A stretch of DNA of 64,000 nt from Tricharina praecox (GCF_024521635.1 NW_026250427.1:186001-250000); one strand, 5' to 3'. Shown: positions 47,634 to 61,132, counted from the stretch's first letter. Numbers and translations are program-made. The notes: generated by a model not told the origin, from the sequence alone.

Positions 47634-50601
47634 GCGAAAGCAGTACGGACGGTCAGCGGGCATAGGGGAACGGCGTTTATCAGTTGTATATATCATTTGT
47701 TTGCTTTTACGAGGTCAATGCCATGAACTTCATTGGAACGGGAAATCTACCAGTGTCTCCCTGGTCGGATGCGGCAGCTAGACGTCTCGAGCGGGCGCAA
47801 GAGCGGGCACGGTCCATCACACGCATCGGTAGAGCCAACTACACATAGCACGGTCCTGTGGTTTCCTATCCTGGATTGAAAACATATCAGACACACATTG
47901 GCCTCACCAGAGCGAACCGCATCTCGCAGAGTGATGAGATGAAGATTTGCGGATGCAAGAACGCTTTATACACAGAATTCCTCATTCCATCTCCTGTTCA
48001 CCTCTGAAGAGATAACAATGCCAATGCCAACCACCAACCATAGGCTGCACAACGACTCCATCGATTCGATGCGTTCAAAACCTCCCGACTAGCCGCCTTC
48101 GACACTGCCAACATCTGCCGTATGCAGACATGGAAATATCAGCTAGGGAATTCTGCGCACTCTACTATTCTTATACTATCGCTTCATCCGCCGGCCACGA
48201 GCAGCGGGCCGTGAGAAAGCACTACCGGTATCAATGATCACCGCACGACAGCACCAGACGCCCGTCGGCCAGGCCATGCTTGAATACTTGCAGCCATACC
48301 GGTATCCACTACTCGGCGCAACGATCGACCCGCGCGGGAGTATCCCCTAGGTAGTTAACTAGCAGGGTATACCGGAAGTTTGGCGCGAGCTCTCCCGCTT
48401 ATAGTAGCCTTCATGTCGAAGGGCAAGTCGGATCCGCGGCGTGGAGCGGAAGTCACTGCCTTTCAAGTTTCCGGCCGGTTCTGCGGAAGTCGAAAAAGAA
48501 GTTGGAACTTCACCGGCAGGAGAACGTCCCCGACCTGTGAAATCGACGCTTCGATCCACCTACATATAAGAGGCGGCTGGAGGGGCTGGAGAGGCCGGCG
48601 GTAGAGGAGTCAGTAGATGCTGAGTTTTTTATCCTCCGGGACTACCGACCAGAGGATCCTAGAAATCGCGAGGATCTCGTGCATGTGACGAGCTGCCCCA
48701 ACTACATACAGCGAGCACATACAGCGAGGACGTACGATTCGTAAAGGTCGTTCATGTGCAGGCTGTCTTGTCCTCCTTGTTCTGCTGCAACGCAAATCGA
48801 TTCACAGATTACATGTGAGAGCTAAGTATCCAGCAGGGCAAACATGGTCATATACAGGATACACTCCCGTTCATGTGAGTACATACCGTACCACCGCCCC
48901 ATTTACGGGGAAGAAAGTCCACCTTCGCCAACTCCAGATCTTGGATTCTTGGTGGACTGACCCCAAGGTTCGAACTTTGAACCGGACGCCGGCGCTGTGC
49001 ACACGGCGGGACCTTGCTTCCTTGTTTCCACGCTCAAGTCGGAAGTCGCACCCGGTTCGTGCCTTTGCATACGGTACTTGTGTTCCGGGGACGCCGCCGC
49101 TGCACTGTAAATGTGGGGAATGGGGAATCCGACGGGAGGCTGCAGATATGGGATGATTCCAGCCCTCCAGACCGATACCGTTTCTGCGGAACCCGTGATT
49201 ACCCCCGCCTCCGCCCCATACGGGTAGTAAGGCTGAGCGGAAACAAAAACCACCCGAACTTGTCTCAAGGATCCTCCGGCAGCGTTTCGAGACAATCATG
49301 TACTGTCATATGTAGGTGCATAGTCCAGGTACATAATGTAGGTACATCATTCCTTCTCGAACCCGGCAACAAATCTTCGGCAATCTCGGCAGTCTATTTT
49401 TGCCCCCCTGCGGCTGCGCATCGGGGCAGGACGCTAGCGTTTCGAGATGGGGGTCCTTCGCGTCGGCACTGGGCAGCATCTTCTTCCTCGATTAATGTTC
49501 GCCCTACATATCGCGTCAGCTATGCAAGAAAATGTCCTACTGAGACCTGTGTCGTTTAAGCGAAACAGTGGCCGATAGACGCCGACGTCACTTGAATCTC
49601 CGGGACGCTGCTGCATGTTGCCGGCGTCGGCTGTAGTCTGCTGCTGGTGGTAGTGGTACTGCTGGTGGTGGGGCTGCTGCTGATGGTGGTGCTGCTCGCG
49701 CTCGCTCGGCAGTGGCGATGTAACTCGGGAGCTTGAGCTTAACTGTTCTTCACTAATGGCGTTTCATGTCTGAAGAGAGTGAGAGTGAGGCAAGGGGAAT
49801 GAATCTGAGTGCACGTTAACCCGCTCGCTCGCTCGACCAACCACCCGATCAACCATCAACCACGCTCCACTCCAACCCCCCGGACATCATCAACATGGGC
49901 GAGTTGGCTGTGCTGTGCTGTGGTTGAATGTTCCGACCCGGAAGCCGAGCCGTCTCGTCCCTTGCCCTTTCCACGACTCATGCTCCCGGCCTGGGATCTG
50001 GGCGCAGCAAACTATACTTCAGCTTGGGTATGACCTCGTCCTTGGATGCATAAAGTACATGATATTAACATGTGCTTGCAATATGCTACAGATTCTTTTC
50101 GATGTCTGTTCGTATGCGTGCAATTGTGGATCCGAGACATGGCGCCCTTCGTCCAGAACTTCAGAGTGATCGGTTGACCTTTCAATGTCGTCAAGACATC
50201 GTGGCTGACAACCGATGCTACCACCACGGATTAAGGAATAAGAGCTGCAGTTCAACGAATCAGGTTAGCGGCTTACATTCCATCCTCCCTCCCGGGACAT
50301 GGTTCGTTTCTTTTGCTTTCTTCCTTCCTTCCTTCCTACTTTCTTTCCTTCCTCCTCTACAGTCGTCTTGAAATTCTTTCTGCGCGTTTATTTCCCTCTT
50401 CTCACTTTCTTTTCCTCCGCACCGTCATTCATTACTTATACTCCTCACTCGCCCTCCCTCCCAGTGCCTGTGAAGGACTCTTTTTGTATCGTTTATTCGG
50501 CCCAAAACCGCTTCTTCAACTCCTCCCCCAGTGCTCCTTCAAGTTGGTATCCTCAGGAATCCCCCAACGACCACCAAACTCCACATCGCCACTCCTGCAG
50601 C

Positions 50602-53100
50602 ATGAGGCCCCTTCAAACAGTCCTGTTCCTATGCATAGCCCTCGTTACCACGGTTGAGGCAAACATCTCCTTTCCCGCACCCTATATTGAGTGCCCGAAG
50701 AGTGTGTTCCAATGTCTCCGAGGCATGTCATGTGTTTATGAGCTGTGAGTACCCCCAATTCTACTTCCTATTTCGGTGTCCCTTTCCATGTGCATGATTC
50801 TGCTTCTTTCCGATACACCTTAGTGCTGTGGATACCCGTCTTGGCCTCTCTTTATACTGTACGTTTTTCGGTAACTGACCGTTTATAGTTGCGAGTACCG
50901 CCGCTCAGGAGGTCTCAGCCGTCGACGCCCATGGCCCGTGGCCAATGCCAGCCCAGTGGCCGTTGCGCAGGATGCTGTTCCATCTTCTCTGACCGAACCT
51001 GTGCTCTCTCGGCCCATCTTGATCTCTCAAGCTGTTGCTGGTGGTCCTCCCACTCAGGATGGAACTTGCGGCAAGCTCAAGGGAGATACCACCTGTGTCG
51101 GCTGGTCTACTGGAGAGTGCTGTTCGATGTACGGCTGGTGTGGAAAAACTGGTCTGTCACGCTATCGGTTTAGGATTAAGCAGTTGCTGACACAAGGATA
51201 GTTGACCACTGTGGCAAGGGATGTCAGTCCGGCCCCTGTACGGAGGAGGGGGGAACTCCGGAAGCCCCTGGCCCAGCCCCGGCTCCGATCACTAACGGTG
51301 GTCGCTTCGATGTCATCGGCCAGTCGGGGGTGCCGGCGATGCACGCGGCTCTCATGCAGAACGGGCGTGTCATGTTTCTGGACAAGGTTGAAGATTACAC
51401 CCAGCTGAAGTTGCCGAACGGTAGATTCGCATACTCGAGTGAATACAATCCGGAAACAAACAAAGCCGTGGGGTTGTCTTACAAGGTATGTGCTTCATGG
51501 TTTCTCACTGGTGAATCGATGTGCTGATTGTTTGGCAGACCAATGCATTCTGTGCTGGCGGTACTTTCCTCGCGAACGGTGACATGTTGGCTATTGGCGG
51601 GAACGGCCCACTCACTTGGCTCGACGATTCGGTCAGTGATGGTTTTGACGGTCTGCGGTTCCTGACTAGGTCTTCGACAAATGCTGCGCTTAATGGGCAA
51701 TCATGGAGGGAGCCTGGGCAGAAGTTGAATTCGAAGCGTTGGTATCCTTCCGTGCAGACACTGGCCAACGGAAAGGTCTTTGTGGTTTCTGGGTCGATCA
51801 ATGGGTAAGTCACATCCTCCCGCACTTGGCATCCGGTGTACTGACAACTTCGCAGACTGTATGTATCGACTCCGCGAACTATGCTGGGGATTTTCTAACA
51901 GACGCAGTGATCCGTCAGTGCCGGCGAACAACAATCCAACATACGAGATCTTGTCTGCCACCGGATACCCCCAGGGCGGTAGCATCCCAATGGAAATCCT
52001 TGAGGAGAATCAGCCGTACTACATGTACCCATTCATGCACCTCCTCAAAGACGGAAACATTTTTATCTTCACCGCCAGGGCTTCGCAGATCTTTAACATC
52101 AACACCAACAGTATCGTCAAGAAGCTCCCGAACCTCGCTGGAGACTACCGAACCTACCCCAACACTGGTGGTAGTGTCCTGATGCCTCTCTCGAGTAGCA
52201 ATAACTGGGCCTCGACGGTGATGATTTGTGGTGGTGGAGCGTACCAGGTGAGGAATGATCTAGTATTTCGGTATGCGTGTTGCTAAGTCGTGCACTAGGA
52301 TATCACTTCACCCACAGAGCCCAGCTGCGGTACCATTTCTCCGGAGTCTGCCAACCCGACCTGGTCAATCGAGTCCATGCCCGAGGGACGTGGAATGGTT
52401 GAGGCCGTGCTGCTGCCCGACGGCACTGTGCTGTGGCTGAATGGAGCGAACCGTGGTGCGCAAGGCTTCCTCTTGGCCACGGATCCCACGCTGCGGCCCC
52501 TCCTCTATGACCCCAAGAAGGCAAAGGGCAGCCGTTGGTCACAGCTGGCGGCGTCTAAGATACCGCGTCTCTACCATTCGGTGGCCCTCCTGTTGCTCGA
52601 CGGAACCATCCTGGTTGCCGGTAGCGGCCCGAACGAGATGCCAGTCCTGACTGCAAAGCCCGGAAATCCCTACCCCACCGAGTTTCGCGTCGAGCGCTTC
52701 ACTCCGCCGTACTTGCAAGGTTCCAAGGCGTCGCTCCGTCCGACCGCTCTCCAAGTGCCCGCTACGGTCAACGCCAATGGAGGTTCCTTCACTGTCTCGT
52801 TCAACGTTCCCACCTCCGCTAAGAGCGTGAAGATCGCGTTGTATCATGGAGGCTTCGTGACCCACAGCCTCCACATGGGACACCGCATGTTGTTTTTGGA
52901 CTTCACCGGCTGGAAGGCCGGACAAGCTAAGCAGACGCTTACTGTCAAGGCACCGCCGAACTTGAACGTTGCGCCACCGGGTCCCTATGTGATCTACGCA
53001 GTGGTGAGTCCCCCCAAATCCTTCATGCCGAATCACTGCTGACCACCATCTCAAGGCCGACGGCATCCCATCCGTGGGCAAGTTCGTCAAGGTCGCCTGA
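50602..53100 (+). CDS. AA5_1 copper-radical (glyoxal oxidase-like) oxidase with N-terminal CBM18 chitin-binding domain, multi-exon
   Basis: Signal peptide; CCSMYGWCG hevein motif; catalytic motifs AFCAGG, YRTYPNTG, PRLYHS, FVTHS; C-terminal APPGPY. Confidence 0.9.
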
Positions 53101-54130
53101 CTCGATGAGCAGCCGAGCGCCAACCCGGCGCCGACGACGCCGACCCCGTCCAGCAGAGCGAAAACGAGTGATAGCCCCGCACTAAAAGTTCCTTTTCCGT
53201 TTCGTTTTTTCCTTTCGTTCGCTCGTTTTTTACCCTTTTTGTTTTCTTCTATGCAACTTCAATAGCGTGTTGACTTGATGGATGGATGCATCAGTGAGAG
53301 GCGGTCGATCGATGGCGATGGCGATAGAGAAATCGCCATCAAGTCTTGTGCATACTAACCAGTGTGTGCGCAAGTGTGGGGGTGGGGTGGGGTGATGGGT
53401 GAAGGTGAAGGGCGTGAAGGGCGTGAAGCGGGTGAAGGGGGCTGTACATCTACTTCTTCGGGGGATCTAGTTGCATCGCTGAGGACAGGTTGAATGAGAG
53501 CCGGAAGGCATGATGACGACTTAACAGTTGGTGCTTGACTCTTGAGTGATATTCAGTGCATGAACTCGTTGGTGCTACAGACTGTATCCTACCAGAGCAT
53601 GCAGGGTGAGCCATAGTCGGTCTCTGTAGCTCGATTCCGTTGGGGCACACGTGTAGAAGCAGGTTCGACTGACGAACAAAGGCGAGCGGTCTCGCTTCAC
53701 CACGCAAGCGGAGTACGTGATGTTTCCAATGCAACCTACCTACCTAGATTAGTGACTGTCCAAGGCTCCAAGCTGCGATTTTGCTGCCATGCAACTTGCT
53801 CGGAACTCGGTACTATTGTAGCTTTCTGCAATCGAACTGTTCGTGAGTACTTCACATCAGAGACAGACAGGAGCAAATAGAGTACTTGTAGAAGAGGAAA
53901 CAAATGAACGTTGTATAAAAATCTAGGTAGGCAGGTGTCTATATCTACTGATCTAACCATCCACTATCTATCATCCCCATCTAACCCCTCGCATCCACAT
54001 CTCGCCTTGTCTATCGCAGCGCACTCACCGGGTATAAAAATCTAACGTAAACAAACCTGCTCAAAACAAAAAACCTCCAGATCTATCCCATCCCATCCCA
54101 TCCCACCACGCAAAAGCAAAAGCTAATGCA

Positions 54131-55543
54131 CTACACCTCCTCCCCGGCACACTCCTTCTCGCCCTCCAGCCCCTCCTCGTCGACACACTCCTCCTCCGGA
54201 CCGGAAACGGCGCAGACAACGCCGCCCCTGCCCAGGCCCCTCTTCAGCTCACTCATCCGCTCCGCCGCCATCTCCATCTTGACCTCGTCCTCGACGACGA
54301 GGAGCACGCGCTTCCCGCCTTTCCCGAGCGCCTCGGGGTCGGTAGTGAGCACGCTGCCCACCCTCTCCACCTCGTCACGAAGCGCGGTCCACATGTTCAC
54401 ACCCAGCGCGTCCTCGCGGGTCTTGACTACGGTGCCGACACACAGCTTCTCGAGCTTCGGCAGGGCGGGCAGCGACGCGATCAGCAGTCGCTCGAAGTCG
54501 TCGCCGCTGTCGGCTATGGCAAGGTCGGGGGTCGCGTAGATTGTGGAGTACGACAGCGCGCGCAGCGAAGTGGACTGCAGCAGCGGCAGGTCGTCGAGCG
54601 AGTAGTAGTGCGTCGCGGACTCGTCTTTGGAGTATACTGACAGCGCGACGTCGAGGGACTGTAGGTTTGGCGCGGCGGCGAGCGTGGCGGACAGGTCCGA
54701 CAGGGTATTGTCTTTGCGCATTTGACGGCGGAACTCCAGGTTGCGTAGCCGTGCGGCGTGGAGGGGGCTCTGTGACAGGAAGCGCGATACGCTAAGAAGC
54801 GTGAAGCCGAATGTGTAGTCGATGCTCAGTGTTTTGAGCGGGGGCAAGGCGGCGAGCGCGTCGTCGCGCTCCGAAGGGCGCGTGTAGTCCAGGTCGAAGT
54901 CCGTGAAGTATAGGTGCTTCAGCTTGGTGCGAGACAGGGTAGCGAGGTCAGAGTACCGGCTGTCGTCGGCGATGACGCTGCCCAGCGCGAGTGTTTCGAG
55001 GGAGGGCCACGAGGCGAAGAGCGATGCCAGCGACAGGTCGGTGAGGGTTTCGTCGTGGACAACGGCGGTTTGGAGACGTGTCAGGCCCGAGAGCGCTGCG
55101 AAGGAGGATGAAGCGGCATCGCTGTCGAACTCCTCCTCGTCCGCGTCGGGAAAAAAGGTCTCGACGCCGCTCAGTGTGCGCAGGTGAGGCGTCGCGGAGA
55201 CGACATCTTTCCAGAGGGTAGCGGTCGTGGGCTGCTCGTGCGAGAACTGCAGGTGCTGGACCAGCGCACCGAGTGCTGAGGTTTTAGAAACGGTCTGCTG
55301 GAGGGCGAAGAGGCGGCGCTCGTAGGAAGACGAGCTCTCTTCACTGTCATCGTCGTGAGATGAGACGAGGACGGGATTCGCGTAGAGGTACGGGGTTGCG
55401 ATGGCGCTGAGAATACTGGACGAAGAGCAGATGGCCGAAAGATCGGTCTGTAAACATGTGGGACAGTCGCTCGAGTCGTGGAGGTGGCGGATGACTTCGT
55501 GGATGAGCTCGGCGGGAAGGGGCAGCTGCGATAGCGACGACAT
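54131..55543 (-). CDS. F-box-like/LRR-like hypothetical protein
   Basis: Long intronless ORF; N-terminal LPAELIHEVIRHL F-box-like motif; LxxLxL repeats. Confidence 0.7.
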   Translation of the reverse strand: MSSLSQLPLPAELIHEVIRHLHDSSDCPTCLQTDLSAICSSSSILSAIATPYLYANPVLVSSHDDDSEESSSSYERRLFALQQTVSKTSALGALVQHLQFSHEQPTTATLWKDVVSATPHLRTLSGVETFFPDADEEEFDSDAASSSFAALSGLTRLQTAVVHDETLTDLSLASLFASWPSLETLALGSVIADDSRYSDLATLSRTKLKHLYFTDFDLDYTRPSERDDALAALPPLKTLSIDYTFGFTLLSVSRFLSQSPLHAARLRNLEFRRQMRKDNTLSDLSATLAAAPNLQSLDVALSVYSKDESATHYYSLDDLPLLQSTSLRALSYSTIYATPDLAIADSGDDFERLLIASLPALPKLEKLCVGTVVKTREDALGVNMWTALRDEVERVGSVLTTDPEALGKGGKRVLLVVEDEVKMEMAAERMSELKRGLGRGGVVCAVSGPEEECVDEEGLEGEKECAGEEV

Positions 55544-56166
55544 CGGGACGATCGATCGAAGGAATGTATCTATACTAGAGGTACCTATACCGTGTAACAA
55601 TAGCGAAAGGAAACTAAGAAAAATATAGAGAAACGGAGAGGAGAGAGAGAGCAAAAGAGCGAGAACGGCCGGTGAGGCAGCGGAACTGGACTTTTTTGGC
55701 GATTATCTGGGGGAAATTATGTGGAGAAGGAGAAGCAGCTAGCTAGGACAAGTTTTCTTAAGTACCCGAGTACTAGTACCTAGCGGTAGATCTGGCCTGG
55801 GTTTTCCGCCCGCTCGAAAAAAATTCTTGAACGCACATAAGTAAGCTTATGAATGCGTTCCGAAAGGAGGAACAAGGATCTCGCCTCGCGCCGACTTACC
55901 ATCTTCCGCTCCGCCTGGCTGGCTGGCAGGTTGGCACCTATCACCGCCTGTCTCCCCTTTGTCTCTGTTGGCAGTTGGCAGTGGCAGCCGCAGTCATTAT
56001 GTGGCGCTGTCGTCGGAGGTTATCATACCTGCGAGTAGGCACTCTATGTGCCTGCGTCAGGGGCACTATCGCGGCTGAACAAAAAAAAGTTGAAGTATCA
56101 CAGAACCCCGCGGCTCCGGTTGGACGCGACTGTGCCTTCCGCTTCGGATAAGGGGTTAGTTGGTGG

Positions 56167-56216
56167 CGTGGGGGCGTGGGGGCGTGGGGGCGTGGGGGCG
56201 TGGGGGCGTGGGGGCG
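56167..56216 (+). repeat. (GGGGCGT)n minisatellite
   Basis: Seen directly. Confidence 0.9.
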
Positions 56217-56722
56217 AGCGTGGGATGGGCACGTGAGTCCTCACAAGGTGTCACCCATGTCGTCAAGGAGACGTCCTTTCATGTTCGATTCGCCAGAGAA
56301 GTAGACGGGCTGTATGCGAAATAAATCGATGTTCTTTCTCTTTCGTTTTCAAGATCGATGCGGTCAAATACGGAAGATGCAACACAAAACTGGCCAACTT
56401 ATCGTTTCCGATGAGCTGGAGCTCAGCTGGAGCTGGGGACTGTTGTAAAAGGGGTTGCGGGAACAGAAATGAGTATATAGCTTTGTGTCACTAGAAATTC
56501 TCAACAGTTGCTGTTTCAGCCAGCTTTGTCGCAGCTTTGAAACATCACCATCATAGCAATACGGTACTTCTGTGGCTTGGGTCTGTACTTGACGTCGATT
56601 GTGGCCAACCCCCGACACGCCACTCGACGATGTTCATCAAATATCACCCATGCAAGATCATTCTTACGGCAAAAACCAAACCCACATATAGGAGTTTACA
56701 AATGGATATATACAACGCCGCC

Positions 56723-58850
56723 CTACGTCTCTGCCGGATCAGCATCAATGATCTTCCCGGGATTCAGCAACCACCTGTCAACTATTAGTCTCTTCCACCC
56801 TCTCACCAGTCGTCACGGAACACTCACAGAGGATCCAACGCGGCCTTAACCGTCCTCATAACCCCCAGCGTCTCTGCACCGAGTTCCTTCTTGAGAAACC
56901 CCTTCTTGCCGAGTCCCACGCCGTGCTCGCCCGTACAAGTTCCCTCCATCTCGAGCGCTCTATCGACCATGGCGTGCACCACCTTCTCTATCCGCGCCAC
57001 ATCCTCGGGATTCTGCTTGTCGTACATTATGCTCTCGTGGAAGTTTCCGTCGCCGACGTGTCCCAGGATGCTGGCGAACATGTTGAGAGAGTCTAGTTCC
57101 TTTTTCGAGATTTCTTCGCAAGTTAGCGGGAGCGCGGGGGACGAGGGAGGGAGAGGGGGGGAGGGGGGGGGGAGGGGGGGGAGGGGGGCAAACCGATGAT
57201 ATCAGCCAACCGACTGATCGGCACTGCCACATCCGTACTCCACACCTCCTCACCTGTCTTCCTGAGCGCGAGCATGCTCCACAAACTCTCCTTGCGCGCA
57301 CTCCACAGTCTCTTCGCCTCGTCGTCGCTCTTTGCAAACGTGAAGTCGCCCGCCTTGTGTCGCTTTGCGATCTCCTTGACCGTCGAGATGTTATCCAGCA
57401 CTCCCGCCTTGGTCCCCGAGAACTTAAAGAACAGCGTGGGCACCTCCTTCCACACCCGTCCGGTCGACCCGGCCTTGTTGACAACCATCATCTGCACATC
57501 GTCCATTATCTCCATCGCGGCCACGGGCACTCCCGCTCTCAGCACTCGTGACGCGGCGCCGGCGGCGTCGCGGATGGTCGGGAACGTTACCACGGCGACG
57601 GTAGTCTGCTGCGGAATCACCGCCAGCTTCAGCGTAATCTCAGTGACTAATCCGAGTGTGCCCTCGGAGCCGACGAAGAGCCCGTTGAGGTTGTAGCCGG
57701 CGGAGGATTTGCGCGGGCGACGACGGGTCTTGATAACAGTACCGTCGGCGAGCACCACCGTGAGGTTGATTACCCAGTCTTTCATTGTGCCGTAGCGGAC
57801 CGCGTTCGTCCCGCTTGATTGGAGGAGGTGTCAGCGCCGAGGTCACAGCTGTTGGATGAAGTAGGTTCACGTGTACCTGCAGTTCGTCCCAACCATACCG
57901 CCTATTTTCGCCTTTCCCGAATGCACATATCAGCACCACCGCCATCACACCACCCACACCAGTAGAATACCCACCGTGGGCCCCGGATCCACCGGAAAGA
58001 ACAATCCCGAGTCTTTAATCTGCTCGTTGAGGCCCATCCAGGAAACGGCAGGCTGCACGACGATATCCATACTACCGTCCACCTGTCAGCACTCTTCGTA
58101 CATATCTGCGAAAGAAGAGGCATCTCACTCCTCCTCGTTAAACTTCACAACCTGATCCATATGCGAGAAATCGATACTCATCCCGCCATGCGGCGCCGCA
58201 AAATTCCCCTCCAGACTGCTTCCGCCAGAGAACGGAACTGCCGGTCCCCGATCTCATCAGCTCCCGCACTGCCTCAAAAGATAAGAGAAGACAGACGTAC
58301 TCATAGGCACACGATAATTATGGCACAGCTTGACGGTGGCCACGACCTCGTTGGTGTTGCGCGGGTAGACCACGGCGATGGGAAGGCGGTCCACGTTGAT
58401 TGTGCTCCACGAGCTGTAGCCGTGCAGATGTAGGATGTCGTCGTCGGTGCTCACGGCGTCGGTGCCCAGGACTGCGCGGATCTCCGAGACCGCCTGGGGG
58501 GTATCAGCTTTCGTTCGCATACCTGCGACGGACAGACGACGGGGAGGGACTGGCTAGGTAGGTACCTTCATCATGTCACCAGCAGTACCGTACTGTGGCA
58601 GCGCAAGGAGCTTGCTGGCCACCCTCGAGCTCGCGCCTGCTCCGGTGGTGGAGGAGCGGTAGTATTCCCAGCCTGCAATGGATGCGCCGCCGGTTACTGC
58701 CGCCAGCGTAAAGACGGTCGGCGTGCTCCATCTCGTCGCCCTAGTGGGTGGAGGAGGTGTCGTTGAGCTGAGCCGCCGACACTGGCGCAGCGCGGAGCGC
58801 ACTGGTACCGAGTTCGAGCTCGAGCTTCGGCGGAGGGCGGAGGCTAACAT
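56723..58850 (-). CDS. DLD1: Mitochondrial D-lactate dehydrogenase (cytochrome), FAD-linked, multi-exon
   Basis: FFPVDPGP, RKSSAGYNL, GSEGTLG, GHVGDGNFH, GEHGVG, LNPGKI; presequence. Confidence 0.9.
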
Positions 58851-59917
58851 CGTGAGAACTGGGGGCTAGACTGGCTTGCGTGCGAGGGTGAGGAGGGGAT
58901 TTGGGATTGGGGATAGAGTTCCATGATGACCAGAGCACTGGTTGGGGCGGGCCCACGTCTTGCCTGCCTGCCATCGTGCGTGAATTCCGAGTCCAATAAC
59001 GAGGTGTGCATTGCCGCGCAACCGACACCCCCACCACTCACGACTCATCCCCACGACTCACACTACTCCGCTAGGCGTCCGGAAGTAAAGCACAAGATGT
59101 ATTTACTTATTCCATCGCCGCAGGCTGCCGCTAGAACCTCGCATTGCATTTCGCCGAAGCACCAACGAAGATCATCAAACTGCTAGTTACATGGCGAACG
59201 CGGGGTAGAGATGTATTTCGTTTGCACTCTATGTATGAGGTATGTACCTTACAGAATTCGACGGGAGGTACCTATCCTTGTACATGCACTCGGCGCCGTT
59301 AAAGGCATGGACGAGGACCGGCGGGAAACAAGTCCGAGATTGAGTTAGGCAGAATAGAGATAGTGGAGTGCGAACGCTGGGTTGAGGCCCCGTGAACTGC
59401 CGAACTGTAATGGGTGGGGCAGGATGGATGGATCACGCGGTGTCGTCAGTATGGGTATGGAGCTCTGGGAGTACATATCGGCTGCTTTAGTCACTGGTGG
59501 CAACAGCCCTACCGACGAATTGCGTATCCGAGTACAGAGGATACCGGTATGTTACATAGAAGCATGCGCAGGACGGCGGTACATGATTGAACGGTAGTTG
59601 CAGCATCGGCACTGTGCAACTCCCATGTTGACAACTGACAGACAGTCTCATATTCCCATACATTTTCACCAATTGGCATAACTACACCAAAACTCCCATC
59701 GCGCTCCGGCCGAGCACAACGGATCATCACTGGTGGCAGATTTCACAGGCATCACCATAGTACGCAGAAATCACTACACGAGGTACAATGAATTCGGCGG
59801 ATAAAAAGCAACCCAAACTCCAATCCAAGGAACTTTTTGGACTATGTGTATTCCCGCTCCTTGTACCTAGAAACGACAAACAAATCCAACCCAGAGCGAC
59901 CCACGACCAATTGACAT

Positions 59918-61132
59918 TTAGTTGGCAATGGCAGCGGCACGGCGACGGTCACGCTCCTCAGCAATGGTGAGCTGTTTCAGAGTTAGCAATACATTCTAGA
60001 ACATGGATAGATGGACAGTTCTACCTTGACACCCTTGCCCTTGGGCAGCGAGATCCAAGGCTTCTCGTCTCCGATGATGAAGACGTTGCTCAGACGGGTG
60101 GCGAAGGTGTTGTCAACAGCATCCTTCATGTGCACAATGTCGAAACCTCCATCGTGACGCTCACGATGGGTGATGACACCGACACGTCCCATGTTGCGAC
60201 CACCGGTAACCATGGCGATGACACCAGTGTCGAACCGAATGAAGTCGGTGATCTTGCCGGTGGCAAGGTCAACCTTGACGGTGTCGTTGACACGGATGGC
60301 AGGGTCGGGGTAACGGATGGTGCGGGCATCGTGCGTGACGAGGTAAGGAATGCCCTTCTTTCCGAGCTGGACGCGCTTGACCTTGCACAACTTGTACTCG
60401 GCCTCGGTGTCGGTGATACGGTGGATGGTGAAACGTCCCTTGGTGTCGTAGATGAGACGGAAGTTCTCGCTGGTCTTCTCGATCGAGATGACGTCCATGA
60501 AACCGGCGGGGAAGGTAGGGTCGGTGCGGACCTTGCCGTCAACCTTGATCAACCGCTGCATGACGATGGCCTTGACCTCACTGCGAATTATCAGCACATG
60601 TATCGAGAAAACTTGCAGGGGAAAAAAGCAAATGTCCATACCGTCCGTTCAGCGCATACTTCAGCCTGTTGCGGATGAACACAACAAGAGGCATGCAATC
60701 CCTCAACTTGTGGGGACCTGATGACAATACCCGTCAGTGACGAGGTACGGAGACTACTTCTCGAAGAAGCGATTCATACCAGGCGAAGGACGGGGCGCGT
60801 AGGATCCCGACAATTTGTCGAGAAGCCAGTGCGATGGGGCATTAAGCCGCTTCAAGTGCTTCTTACTGCGCAAGAGTTAGCCATCTCCCTCCCAATCAAA
60901 CCCGAAGCATCCACCGCCCAACAGGAGAGAATAATGCGATTCAGAATTCGAAGGCAGAGGTTTGTGTAGTAGTCGCGACGCTGATCGTATATTCCCACGC
61001 GTCGCTTCCTCTTATCCACATTCCTCCAGTCCACCGAATCATCGTCGCATTATTCCCTTCCGTCGGTCGTTCGGTCGTTCGGTCGTCGGTAGCGAAAAGA
61101 TCGAAGAGTGCGACTTACGGTCCACGGGCCAT
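59918..61132 (-). CDS. RPS4: 40S ribosomal protein S4 (eS4), multi-exon
   Basis: [40 protein letters not shown]. Confidence 0.96.
60924..61061 (-). ncRNA. Candidate intronic box C/D (K-turn) RNA in RPS4 intron 1
   Basis: Long terminal stem GGAAGGGAATAATGCGA/TCGCATTATTCTCTCC flanking C-box-like CGATGA and D box CTGA. Confidence 0.45.

Noticed and set aside
47700..50600. ORFs of 60-180 aa between the AA11 and AA5 genes
   Set aside because: No recognisable motifs or consistent exon structure.
56441..56506. TGTTG...CAACA stretch resembling a solo copia LTR
   Set aside because: Only 66 bp, no TSD (GGGAC/GTTGC), no second copy.
57130..57190. G-run with quadruplex potential in a DLD1 intron
   Set aside because: Simple low-complexity tract with no other support.
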